From: Octopus sinensis
Taxonomy: Eukaryota
Assembly (NCBI RefSeq): GCF_006345805.1
Contig: NC_042997.1
Coordinates: 62,558,001 to 62,622,000, forward strand
Direction: 5' to 3'
Length of the DNA: 64,000 bases
Positions 53,025 to 64,000 of the stretch are shown here, piece after piece. The translations under genes were made by a program, and so were the position numbers. Position 1 is the first letter of the stretch. Each line of letters begins with the position of its first letter. The notes under the pieces are model-generated. The model was not told the origin of the DNA, searched no databases, and saw only the letters and a list, made by a program, of their open reading frames with translations.

Positions 53025-54210
53025 TTATTCTTTAACATCGGGGGCTCTCTCTTCCAGTGCAGCATGCTTTTCCTCACGGTTGTCACCAGTGCATGGTCTC
53101 ACCATACGCAGTTTCCTCGCAAACCCAAACGTTACACCGGCCTCGTTAACGGTAACACCTCCCAAATGGGTGATTGCATCCATCCCCATCACCACGTCAA
53201 TCTCGTCCAATAAGTAGCCAACCACAATTGCTCGCAGCGTCAGCTGTATTCCCTGCACTACAATCTGCGCATCTGTAACGCCTTCACAGTGTACTTCTCT
53301 TCCGTCAACTGCTCTTACACTGCTTTCTCCACTCCACGTCTCTGCCACTTCTGGAGTCATCAGGGTTGTCGTAGAGCCCGTGTCCACAAGGGCTCGTGAC
53401 ATCTTCCCCTCCACCAGAATGTCGACCACAGGTAGTGACGATAAACGTGCCTCTATTGATCTAAAGGGACAACTACCAGCGCAGTAGTCTCCCTCAGTCC
53501 GTTTCCCCACAGACATTCGCTGGCTATATGCCCCAGTTCTCAACACCGGTAGCCAATGACCTCAGGCTTGGGTGACTTGCAGTCACGCACCATTTCCAGA
53601 CCCTGGCACTGGAAACACTGTCCTTTGAACGGTCGCACACGTTCTTTCTTCGACCCCTCTCCGCTGCTCCTAGCTCGGCCACTTTTCATTGTTGCAGTCG
53701 CTGCTACCGACATCATTCTGCTGCACGAAACTAGTACGTGTGCCCGAGATACGATGTCTGCCATTGGCATCGAATGAACGTTCGGAAGCTGCTGTAATTC
53801 TCGACCGACATGTTGTTAGGAAAGCCAGTCACGAACGCCAACCTAACCATCCAGTCCAGCGACTCTTCCTCATAACCTGCCAGTTTAGCCAATCTCCTAA
53901 GTTCATTGGCAAATACATCCACCTGTTCCCCAGTCCATCTTGTTCTACCCAGGCGATCATATGCCTCAAACATTCCCTCCGCAAAGGCCTCCATCAACCG
54001 GATTTCTACTTTCTCCGCGCTGAGTTGGTCCGTCTCCTCCATCTCTAGATACAGCGCCAATGCCGGACCATCCAAGTACAGCGGTATGAAACTCGCTAGG
54101 TCGTTTATACCGTGGAGCTTTGCCACCAACTTCACCTTCTTCAACCAAGCGATTACATCCGTGTCGCCACAAAACGGTTTAATCATCTTGTGCGAAATAT
54201 GGGCACTCAT
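53025..54210 (-). pseudogene. gag: Gypsy gag, zinc knuckles and aspartic protease, frameshifted
   Basis: Gag 53731-54210; knuckles CFQCQG...RDC and YRC*ELGHIASEC; protease ALVDTGSTTTL and VVMGMD. Confidence 0.9.
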
Positions 54211-54235
54211 CGTTCATTTTTTTTTTTCTTTATGT

Positions 54236-54247
54236 GCTGAAATAGCT
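54236..54247 (-). promoter_or_regulatory. Putative primer-binding site, 11/12 complement of tRNA-Phe(GAA) nt 1-12
   Basis: Minus strand AGCTATTTCAGC directly after the LTR end ACACTACA; the one difference from element 1 is a CG to CA change. Confidence 0.7.
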
Positions 54248-54519
54248 TGTAGTGTGATGGATGAAGAGGACAACAGAAGGAGAAGGAGAAGAAATACAAA
54301 CAGGCCTTACCTCGGCGAAGATCACCGGTCTCTTACCAATTCGACATGTCCTGTCGCTTCCTCATCTATGCTCGAACTGCCCACTTCCTCGATCGCCACA
54401 CGTGCGTCCCGCTTGACCGCTTCTGCTTCCCCCTGCACATGCGCCCTCCAGTATTCCACCGGCCCCTGCAAGCCTTACTTCCACCCACCTCATCTGTCAT
54501 CCTCTCCACTGACACCACA
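54248..54519 (-). repeat. 5' LTR of Gypsy element 2
   Basis: Direct repeat of 50384-50654. Confidence 0.95.
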
Positions 54520-55289
54520 GACAGAATATCCCATACTCTGGGATATCCCAGAAACAGCTGTAAGGCTTTGAATTTCTTCCAATAATAATAATGTATATGA
54601 CTTAAGATGTTTACCTTACCTTAATGTTTGTTGTTTCCTTTAACAATTATATATATATATACATATATGTATATAAAGGGAAATTTTTACGAAAATAAAC
54701 AAAAGACAAAGGCAGGTGGAGTACAAACAAACAAATGTATTAGTATAGCGATCAGGAATAGAAAAAGGCTTTTACGTTTTGAGCCTACGCTCTTTGACAG
54801 AAATATACACAGAAAAAAACAAGGAGAGAAAAAAATGCGTGTAGGAATACATATATATGTACATTTATATATGTGTATGATACATATATATATGTATCAT
54901 ATATATGCTACATATATAATGTATCATATATGACTGGGGCCTGATGAAGCCTTCCGGCTTCACAGACCCCCAGTTGAACCGTCCAACTCATGCTAGCATG
55001 GAAAACGGACGCTAAATGATGATGATGATGATGATATAGGTGCAGAAGTGGCTGTGTGGTAAGTAGCTTGCAAGTAGCTTGGGCAAGTGTCTTCTGCTAT
55101 AGCCCCGGGCTGACCAATGCCTTGTGAGTGGATTTGGTAGACGGAAACTGAAAGAAGCCTGTCGTATATATATATGTGTGTGTGTTTGTGTGTCTGTGTT
55201 TGTCCCCCTAGCATTGCTTGACAACCGATGCTGGTGTGTTTACGTCCCCGTCACTTAGCAGTTCGGCAAAAGAGATGGAAGTCTGCAGG

Positions 55290-56620
55290 TGCAGAAGTGA
55301 TACCATGTTGTGTTTGGGGAAAAACTCCTGAGTAGGGAGAACTCAGTGACAGGGTGCATAATTGTTGTGAAGAATTCAATTCTTCGCACTCCACATATCC
55401 AGTTGCTTTCACCAAATGTCCTCCCTCAAATGCTTCAAAATGTCATAGCAGAACTCTCATTTGATGGACTGGCCCTGGGGTACAAATTCTCAATGCACAA
55501 TACTGCAGATGCTGAAAAAACTATGAGCATACTCTTGATTGAGCTGTGGCTCTGTCATGTGTATGAAGGCCTCTTCCATTGTGACAACTGCTGCTTCATC
55601 TCAGAGTTGTACCCATAAACCCAACTCTCGTCACTGGTGATGATCTTTGACATGAAGGATGGGCCATCAGTGGCATGCTGATGGGGATCTTGAAGTCTTC
55701 AACAAGATGTTCTTTCTGCTCAGTGGTCAGAGGGCAGGGAACAAACTTGGCAGAGATATGCTACATGTTCAATTCAGAAGTTAGGATTGCCTCGTGAACC
55801 CATACGACAGACCAACAACATCAGCAAAGTCATTGATTGTCTTCCAACAGTCTTCCTACACAAGCTGATGAATTTTCTCTACAGCAAGACACCTGTTTCT
55901 GCTTCTCTGTCATACTCTAACCTTTCATCATTTGACACAAGATCATTTCCGTAAATGCCCTCACTCCTCTCAAAAATTTATTGTCTTACAAGTAAAAAGT
56001 ATCCAGTCCACACTGTGAAGTGGTTTACATTTGGAAGGGCATCAAGTAGTAAAAACCATGCCAGAACTGATTTCAGCTGTGCTGGAGTCACATAAAAAGC
56101 ACTCAGTCTACTCTGCAGGGTGTTAGGAAGGGCATCCAGCCATAAAGACCATGCCAAAACAGACTCAATAGCTTGGTGTTGTCTTCTACTTGGCCTGGCT
56201 CCTGTCAAACCATCCAACTCATACCAGCATTGAAGGCAGATGTTAAACGATGAAGATGATGATTTTCTGGGGTGATGCTTGTGGCAGGTCTTCCAAGTAG
56301 CTCATCTTCCAGTGACATTCTTCCACTTTTGAAATGCCTGTGCCACTCAAAACATTGCATATGACCTATTAATTTGTCACCATAAGCTTGCCGAAGTATG
56401 CTCAATGTCTCTGTAGTAGACTTCTCAAGTTTAATGCAAAATTTCGCATTAGCACTTCAATCCAACTTCTTGCCCATGACAAAATTACAGACTACAGCAT
56501 ATATGTGATCACAAAAACACAAATTTCACAACTTGTGAAGTAAACACAGTGATGTCACTTGGCACAGTGGCTCATGAATGTAACTGCTAGCTCTCACTAC
56601 ACACACAACTGTATGCTGCT
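55290..56620 (-). mobile_element. Mariner transposase remnant, interrupted by a short repeat at ~55990-56255
   Basis: LRQAYGDKLIGHMQCFEWHRHFKSGRMSLEDE...GRP (56205-56405); decayed AKFVP and D-domain sequence at 55600-55800. Confidence 0.75.
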
Positions 56621-56907
56621 ATCTGTTTGCATGCTACAGAACTAGTCCAGGAACTGTTTAATACCCCTCATAAAACCCTTGATTCAATAGCACTGTGCAC
56701 AAACACTATACTTGGAATGACCAATTTTAAATACTGTTGGATTTTACTCACAAGATATTGGAATCTTATATGTATACCATTCTGCCTAAATAATGGATCT
56801 ACAAATGCAATATCTCTGCATATCTCACATCTATTTTCATTCCTCCACTTCACTCTCTATTTTGTATTGTATCTAAATTAACTATTGCTTAACCATTTTC
56901 TCACACC

Positions 56908-56955
56908 GTCTCTGATGAAGGGATATAATAAATATCCTGGAAACAGCTGTAAGAC
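56908..56955 (+). ncRNA. Minimal type I hammerhead ribozyme, core intact
   Basis: GTCT-CTGATGA-AGGGATAT-aataa-ATATCCTG-GAAA-CAGCTG-TA-AGAC; triplet GUA, palindromic stem III. Confidence 0.8.
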
Positions 56956-57299
56956 CTTCTATTTATAAATGTTCTAAAATCTTCACAGCCTTGGTTTTTT
57001 TATCTCATTCTGAAAAATTTTTTTTATATATATACACATGCTGATATATGACGTATGTTGGACTCCTTATTCACATAATCATCGAACCTGGAACTTAACT
57101 ATGGTCTATCCATAGCACTTACTCAGCATTATCTGATACCTTTGGGTCTTACTGACACCATTACCTCTCATAACCTCCTATACATATATATATATACAAA
57201 ATAAAATCCAGGCTACCTATAGCAAAAGTGACCAGATCTGTGGATGGTGAAGAATTGTATTCCTCATCAAGCTCTCCTCACTTGTGAGTTTCTCCCCCA

Positions 57300-57560
57300 A
57301 AATATGTTATTGCTTCCACACCTACCCTATTCATAAAATTTAGCACCTGCAGACTTCCATCTCTTCCCCAAAATGAATATGCAGTTCAAAGGTTGCCTTT
57401 TTAACAGCATTGTTGAGGTCCAGAGTGAATTACAGAAGGTTCCCGATTCACTTATGGAAAACAACTTCCAGGCCAGATTCCAAAAGTGGCAGGAATGCTC
57501 AGACCAGTGTATTGCTGCACAAGGTGTGACTATTTTGAAGGAGATGATGTTAAAACTTAG
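57300..57560 (+). mobile_element. Mariner transposase C-terminal remnant
   Basis: LAPADFHLFPKM...KGCLF...FQKWQECSDQCIAAQG, matching the mariner YSPDLAP.D to YFEGD tail. Confidence 0.75.
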
Positions 57561-57637
57561 GTAGTTAAGTTACTTTTTAGCATAATATTTTTTAACATAT
57601 CCAGTCCAGGAACCTAATGATACCACCTTGTATACAT

Positions 57638-57702
<65 letters not shown>

Positions 57703-57840
57703 TAATCCAAACATGAAAACACAAAGAGAAAACACAACGCGAGGACGTGGAACAAATATAGTATTATTGGACGCTCAGGAAGGAAGGACATATATATATA
57801 TTTATGTGTAAGTATCTCATTTATTTCTTTTACCACATGT

Positions 57841-57896
57841 ATCACTGACGAAGAGAGGGCTCTCAGTAGCTAACTCTGAAATCGGTCCGATATGGT
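57841..57896 (+). ncRNA. Type I hammerhead ribozyme, core intact
   Basis: ATCA-CTGACGA-AGAG...CTCT-GAAA-TCGGTCCGA-TA-TGGT; triplet AUA; all three stems can pair. Confidence 0.7.
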
Positions 57897-58139
57897 AATA
57901 ATGGAATTTTTTAGAAATTTCTGTCAACCTTTTTTTGAGCAGCATGCATATTGTGAAAAAATTATATGATTAATGGACAATATGTCCAATTTTTCGGCAT
58001 ATTTGGCATTAGAAATTTTTTCCTTTGCCCTCATTTATGAATTGTTTATAAATTTAACCGTTAAAGGTATTTTTTAATATGCTGGCCATTGATAAAATTT
58101 TTTTCGAGAAAATATTTTTTTCGAAAAGAATTTTATCCT

Positions 58140-58178
<39 letters not shown>

Positions 58179-58806
58179 CATACACACACATATATATATT
58201 ATTTATCTTATTATTTAATTGAAGCCACGCATCCATTTCCAAGTAGTTTATCTTAACCCTTTTGATGGAACTCTATACCGTTTTCTCCCCTATCCTCTTT
58301 AATTCTCTTTTTCTCCCTCTCACCGTTTTCTATCTGTCTCTTTCTCTTTTTCTCTCCCTTGTTACTTACATGTGACCATTGTTCATTTTTTTTTTCCTCA
58401 CTTGACTATCTTTCTTTCCTGCACAGACATTCTAAGGATTTGATGTCTATCTCTCTCTTCTATCTTTTCTCTTTTCAAAAAAAAATATTTCTCTCAGTGT
58501 TCACTATTTTCCCCTTCGTTCAGGTCTAACAACCCTCTATGTTTGTTTGCATTCAGTTTCCCTGTGTGTCTTCACTGTCCTGTTTTTGTTCTTAACTTTG
58601 ACCCTCCATAAATCCAAAATTTTATTTTGATATTTATGGGAGCAACTGTCTTCGAAGACTCATATTGTCATTGATTGCTTGAAATGGGGAGTAGATAGAC
58701 AGCCGACAACTGATGAAGAGTCATTCTTTGTATTACTTGTCCCCTTTTTCTCTCGTTATTTGCGTATTTCATGTTGTTTACTGTTGTGACATCCTGTACC
58801 AATGTA

Positions 58807-58844
<38 letters not shown>

Positions 58845-58906
58845 TGTGTGTGTGTTATTTATATTATTATTTAATTGAATGCCATGCATCCATTTTCAAA
58901 TAAGTT

Positions 58907-58961
<55 letters not shown>

Positions 58962-59559
58962 TTATTTGTATATGGATCATGGACTCTCCTGTTGTTAGAT
59001 GACATATTTGGCAAGAAATTGACGAACAATCACACAGATAATTTGTTTATACTGATCAAATATTTGTGAATACATAAGCTCACTCCCTCCTTCAAATCAA
59101 CATTACTGGTACTGGTGCACATATCAGATGATGAAATGATTGTAGAGCAATGTGAAATGATATGTTTTGCTCAAGAACACAACACAATGCCCAGTTTGGG
59201 AATCAGACCTATGATTTCACAATCACGAGTGCAATACCCTAACCACTCAGCCATGTGTATATATACATACATACATATAATCATACATATACACACGCAC
59301 ACACACTGTTTTTATAGAGGATTCTGTGTGAATGTTTTATAAAGAAGGTAACCAGCTAATAAACTGAGCGTGTCTTCAAGATTCCTTTCTGGTTATTGAT
59401 GTCCTCTTTGTGGTAGCCTGATTCATTGCTTTTCTTTTCCTAAATGTGCACATTTAAAGACATCAACAAGATTCAAAGCAATATCTTAGTAATGTATATT
59501 TTAAGCAATTGGTTTGCACTCAAAATGGTTCATTGTTCTTGAGTAACCTCTGGCTAACC

Positions 59560-59935
59560 CATCTTGAAAAGATGTATTGCATGAAAGCTGGCCAAATTTC
59601 TGTATGTGTCTTCAGTTGCCATTACAGTTATGGTATACAATTTTGTTCTGGGCCACACTGCTTTGAGAATCAATTTCTGCAGTACATTTATGTATTCCTC
59701 CCTTTTGTGCATGTGCAACAAAGCATTGGTGTATTGAGAGAGAAGCTGGGAATAAGAGGAATTATATGCAGTGTGCAAGAGAGGAGACTGCACTGGTTTA
59801 ATCATGTGATGTGGATAGATGAGGAGAGTTGAAGAAGTGTTGATCACTTAGAGTGGAGGGAAGTTGTGAAAGAGGGAGACCCAGGAAGATATGGGATGAA
59901 GTATGAAGGTCATCACAGAGGACCAAGATATGTGG
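59560..59935 (+). mobile_element. RTE-type LINE C-terminal remnant
   Basis: LREKLGIRGI...VQERRLHWFNHVM...RGRPRKIW. Confidence 0.7.
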
Positions 59936-60580
59936 TGCATTGCTGTACTTGAGAAGATCCACCCACAACAACAAAATTGAGATTTTAAAACCAAGGTGCC
60001 ATTGATGATGGTGCCACATAAAAAGCACCCAGTACATTCTGTAAAGGGATTAGCATTAGGAAGGGCAGCCAGCTGTAGGAACCAAACCAAAACAGACTAT
60101 GGAATCTGGCGTGGTCCCTGGCTTTTGCCAGTTCTTGTCAAGCCATCCAATCAATGCCAACATGGAAAATGGACATTAAATGTTGATGATGATGATGTAG
60201 GGATTGGTTGACTAGTGCTCGAGGAGATGAGCAACTGTATGTAAGCTCTTTTGCTGGCTTGTTTAAATATTTATTTCTTACATTTGTACAAAGCTACATG
60301 GGCTAATTGTTGTTCAAATTAAAACAGTATGTTGCTTAGGAACAACCACTCCAGGAGCAAGGAAAGTCAGGGGGTCTGACGAAATTTGATTCAGCTGGTG
60401 ATATAAAAAAAAACCCATCTACACTGTAAAGTGGTTGGCATTAGGAAGGGCATCCAAATGTAGAAACCATAACAAATCTGGTATGGATCACAATGCAGCC
60501 GTGGTTCATTGGGTCCGTTCAAACTGTCCAACTTATGCTAACATAGAAAATGCACGTTAAATGATAATGATGTTCTAGTG

Positions 60581-60883
60581 CAGTGTTTCTCAACCTATTT
60601 TACCCCAGACCTCACAGGAAAAAACTTTATTTTTAATATTTTATAATTACATACTTTCCTTAAAGGAATATCCACATTAGGGCATTTGAATAACGCTATA
60701 CTGTAACAAACAATCTTCACATAATATGCTTGGCTGGAGGGATTGGTTTGGCTAAGCGGAGTATAAGTGTATGTTTGCTGGGAAAAAACTTTTTACAATT
60801 TCATATCCCACTAAAAAAAAACAAAAAAAAACTGGATCCATGCCCTACCACAATTTTCCCAGGTTCCACATTAGGAATCACTG
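60581..60883. mobile_element. hAT (Buster-type) MITE with 8-bp TSD
   Basis: Ends CAGTGTTTCTCAACCT and TTAGGAATCACTG; flanks TTCTAGTG / ATCTAGTG (7/8, central TA). Confidence 0.8.
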
Positions 60884-61582
60884 ATCTAGTGAAAATTAAT
60901 TATAATTAAGTTCTGTAACATCAAGAAGCCTAATTAGAGTAAGAGAAATCTAGGAAGGAATTGACAGATATTATTGCTAAAGAGTTGATAAAAGCAAATT
61001 CAGAGACACAGTACGGTAATGTAATTGTCAATCGTAAGAAATAAATGTAATGAAAGGGTAATCTGGAGAAAACCATTCCACTGAGAAATGCAGCAAATCT
61101 ATTTTTCTTCTAATGTTACTCCTATTCTTCATAAACTTTGTAACACAGGAGAAAAAGAAACAAAAACAATCCATTGTGAAATATGAGAAATCACTTATTA
61201 CTAATGGTAGAGGGAGCCGTTTAACTTCTTTAAACAAGCATACTTATGGCGAAATATTTCGAAAACCACTTTATTTCACAATAGCAGGGTTTACCTATCC
61301 TTGTATCTACTATATGTTATATCATAATTAACATATATTCTTTTCATATTCTCACAAAACTTGCTTTGTTTTTGAATATGCTGTCAAGTGGAAGTAATGG
61401 ATGAACCAATTTTACAAAAGAAAGCGCTATATCTTGTTAATTGCTTCACCGAACTGAGAACGATTGAAAGCCTAACTAATTATTTCGAAGTATTGACGCA
61501 GGTATTTTTACCCATTTTTAATACCCGAGTCGTTCTTAACACTGCATATTTTCTGCTGTGAACACCGTACACCGAGACGTAA

Positions 61583-61595
61583 ACTTCCGGGAAGT
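61583..61595. promoter_or_regulatory. Paired inverted ETS-type sites in a CpG-richer promoter-like region
   Basis: ACTTCCGGGAAGT contains CCGGAAGT on minus and GGAAGT on plus; surrounding region is repeat-poor. Confidence 0.45.
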
Positions 61596-61946
61596 CAAGG
61601 CGGCAACTCGTTTTAAAGCTCATTTGAAGCTAATTCGTTGGACTAACGCTTTTATGACATTGGGCATTATAACTCTCTCTTTATAATACATATTTTTTTT
61701 AATAGAAAAAGTAAATAATAAACGACATACAGCCATCTACACAGAGAGAAATCTTTAACTATCTTTAAAATATAAACCAAACAATTACGTAAAATACACA
61801 ACGAATTTCAAAAAAAAAAAAAAAAAAGAATTAATGAATTTCATTCTGTGTGTTTGGAAATGTAAGAAGAGTTCTTATCATATCCGGTGTAACGGTTGTC
61901 TACCCCTGATTCACTAGCTGGCGCTAGATTTGTAGTCGTCCCCATA

Positions 61947-61952
61947 ATGGCG
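61947..61952 (+). CDS. Candidate start codon in first exon (ATG GCG, then splice donor)
   Basis: CCATAATGGCG/gtaagt: YY1-like ATGGCGG overlapping a consensus donor, ~350 bp downstream of the ETS pair. No compatible second coding exon found in the window. Confidence 0.5.
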
Positions 61953-64000
61953 GTAAGTTATACTAGTTACTTCCTTTTTTGTAGTCATTTATATATATCT
62001 ATCTATCATAGATATATATAAATATATATATAATATCGAACCATTATGAATGTTTGAATTTCTCTTACGCAATGATGTATTGTTGTATTGTTTTAAAACC
62101 CCCTTTTCTAAGCGTTAAACAATGCAAGTTATTAATATCACTCGCGAGAAATGTGGCTATGTTTTTGCTTGTTTGTTTGATCCTTATAACACCCGGTGTT
62201 TCCGTCTCTCCCTCCTTCGTCCTCTCTCTCTTGGCGTCAATGTTCGTTTAGATTATGAAAGCAGGCTTTACTTGGAAGAAACTGTATTAGCGCTTTTGTC
62301 TTCCTAGATTTATGTTACTATTATGGACGTTTCTCTATTTCTTTCTCAATGTCGTTGAATCCAAATGTTTTATTACTTTGAGAAGCAGACAAAAAAACAA
62401 AAACATTTACATATTTCATCGATTAACTATTTGTCTTTTTTAATATATATTTCTATTAACATAGACACCCACGAAAAAAAAAATTATATTTCTTGTGGTT
62501 CTTGCTATATTAATAATAAATAATAAGCTTTAAATATTTTACATTGTTTATATATCCTACATATATACTTAGGCCATTAGATGTTCAAAATTGAAGAAAA
62601 CTCTGAAAAAAATGTTGTAGTTGAAGCTTGTCGGAAATCGGTGATAATATGCCGTCTTTATACCGACCGGTGTATTTTTCCTGGGTAAAGTCGTTTCTTA
62701 TCGCAGGTGTTGAATACACTGTTCAATATATATATATGGGAGACTTTGTACAAATAGCAGATTTGTTTCATTTTAGACAATTAAAAAAAAATAAAACAAA
62801 TAGAGTTATTCGTACATTTCGCTTTTAAATATGTATGAATGTATGTCTATATATATAGTGCGTTTGTGTCAGTATGTACTGCTGTCACGAATTTATACAA
62901 CAATTGTGTCATGTTTTCTCCGATCTTGTACAATGTAGCACGTGTCTCCTAAGTGTTTTTTTGAAAATAGATTTTGAGCCAGACTTCATAACCATTTTCG
63001 AATAGGCGGGCTGTATATCTAAAATAAAGAGAAATCTAAATGTAATAATCTAGAAATCACGAATACAAGATAAGCCGGTTAATCCCCCCCTTACCAAAAA
63101 TGAAAAAAACACTCAATAGAAACACTAACACAAAACCGAAAAAAGCAATTTGAAAAGTGCTTATCTTGATGATTGTATTCATATATGTATATTTATAAAA
63201 TATTATTTGAACATGTATGATTTTTTTTGTTTGATCATTAAGTTTAACAAAGTATTTTCATACACCCATTCGAATTAATTGTCCAGTTAGCTCAATGACA
63301 TTTCTCTGTTCGGTTGTGCCGTAAACTGCACTGCTGATCAATCTTCGCTCTTTCTCTTTTTGTCTATTTTCAAATTTCATTCAGGACAATAAATGTTTCA
63401 ATCAGTAGTAACATTAATTAATAAGTTAGAATTTCCATTTAGCAATTTTTTTTTATATATAGACAACTTCTAAAATATAAGCAATCAATGACAACAGATT
63501 ATTGAGAATTAAAAAAAAAAAATTTTATTGTCCACTGGAAACATTTCAAACCCGTTCCTCTCATAATTTGAAGCTAAGTCAGTTCCTTTTTTTTTTTTTT
63601 TGTTTTCATTGCAGGTTTATTATTTTTGATGTATATCTATTGGTTTTAACCTAATTTCTGTAACCATGCTGGTTGTAGATATCGGTTTAACGCCCGCTAA
63701 TTTTAGTACGGGTTTAAGTGTTCTGCAACTTATTTTTTTCTGCTGCTATAGATCTTTTGGGTTGCCCCACTCTTTTCCCGTGTCATGTCACAAATACGCA
63801 CCCACGCCAATATTTTCGTTCAGTGTCACTTTCCATTATGAAAGCAGACCCTAACAATTCGTTTCGTTTTCATGAGGTTCTATTTCCAGTAAACAACTTA
63901 ATATAACTTTTAAGAATGGCCGAGTTCATGGTTTGTTTTATGTCAGCCCTGATGGCACGGACCTATGGTGGAAAGATGTTTCAGCTGTGAACACAACTGT

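Larger units (their letters stand above)
50384..54519 (-). mobile_element. Structurally complete Ty3/Gypsy LTR retrotransposon, 4.1 kb, decayed
   Basis: LTRs 54248-54519 and 50384-50654 (TGTGGTGT...ACACTACA on minus), G8 polypurine tract at 50657-50664, PBS at 54236-54247, gag-PR-RT-RH-IN order, 5-bp TSD GACGG/GACAG. Confidence 0.97.

Noticed and set aside
54932-54984. CTGATGA followed by a hairpin, hammerhead-like
   Set aside because: No GAAA after stem II; it is a simple nested hairpin (CTGGGG/CCCCAG, TGAAGCC/GGCTTCA).

Overview
Repeat-saturated, AT-rich animal genomic DNA. The tRNA-derived SINE families, dense TA/CA/GA/GATA microsatellites and Penelope-like element (PLE) relics suggest a coleoid cephalopod, probably Octopus; this is inferred from family resemblance only. 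Most ORF-track entries are microsatellite artefacts. Supportable content: (i) two divergent Ty3/Gypsy LTR retrotransposons, one 3'-truncated (1533-~2778, +) and one structurally complete with both LTRs, PPT and TSD (50384-54519, -); (ii) non-LTR elements: Tx1/L1-like, a near-intact CR1-type ORF2, R4/Dong-like restriction-endonuclease LINEs in (TAA)n, several RTE 3' ends, and PLEs; (iii) DNA transposons: two Helitron helicase ends, hAT/Buster, Tc1 DD34E and mariner fragments; (iv) many SINEs; (v) about a dozen minimal hammerhead-ribozyme motifs and several large inverted repeats; (vi) candidate exons of an unidentified minus-strand host gene (about 12.3-17.9 kb) and a promoter-like, first-exon-like region near 61.6-62.0 kb. 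Most striking observation: both Gypsy elements, whose LTRs are otherwise unrelated, carry a primer-binding site complementary to nucleotides 1-12 (the 5' end, not the 3' CCA end) of tRNA-Phe(GAA), suggesting an unusual priming route. All alignments and translations outside the supplied ORF track were done by eye.
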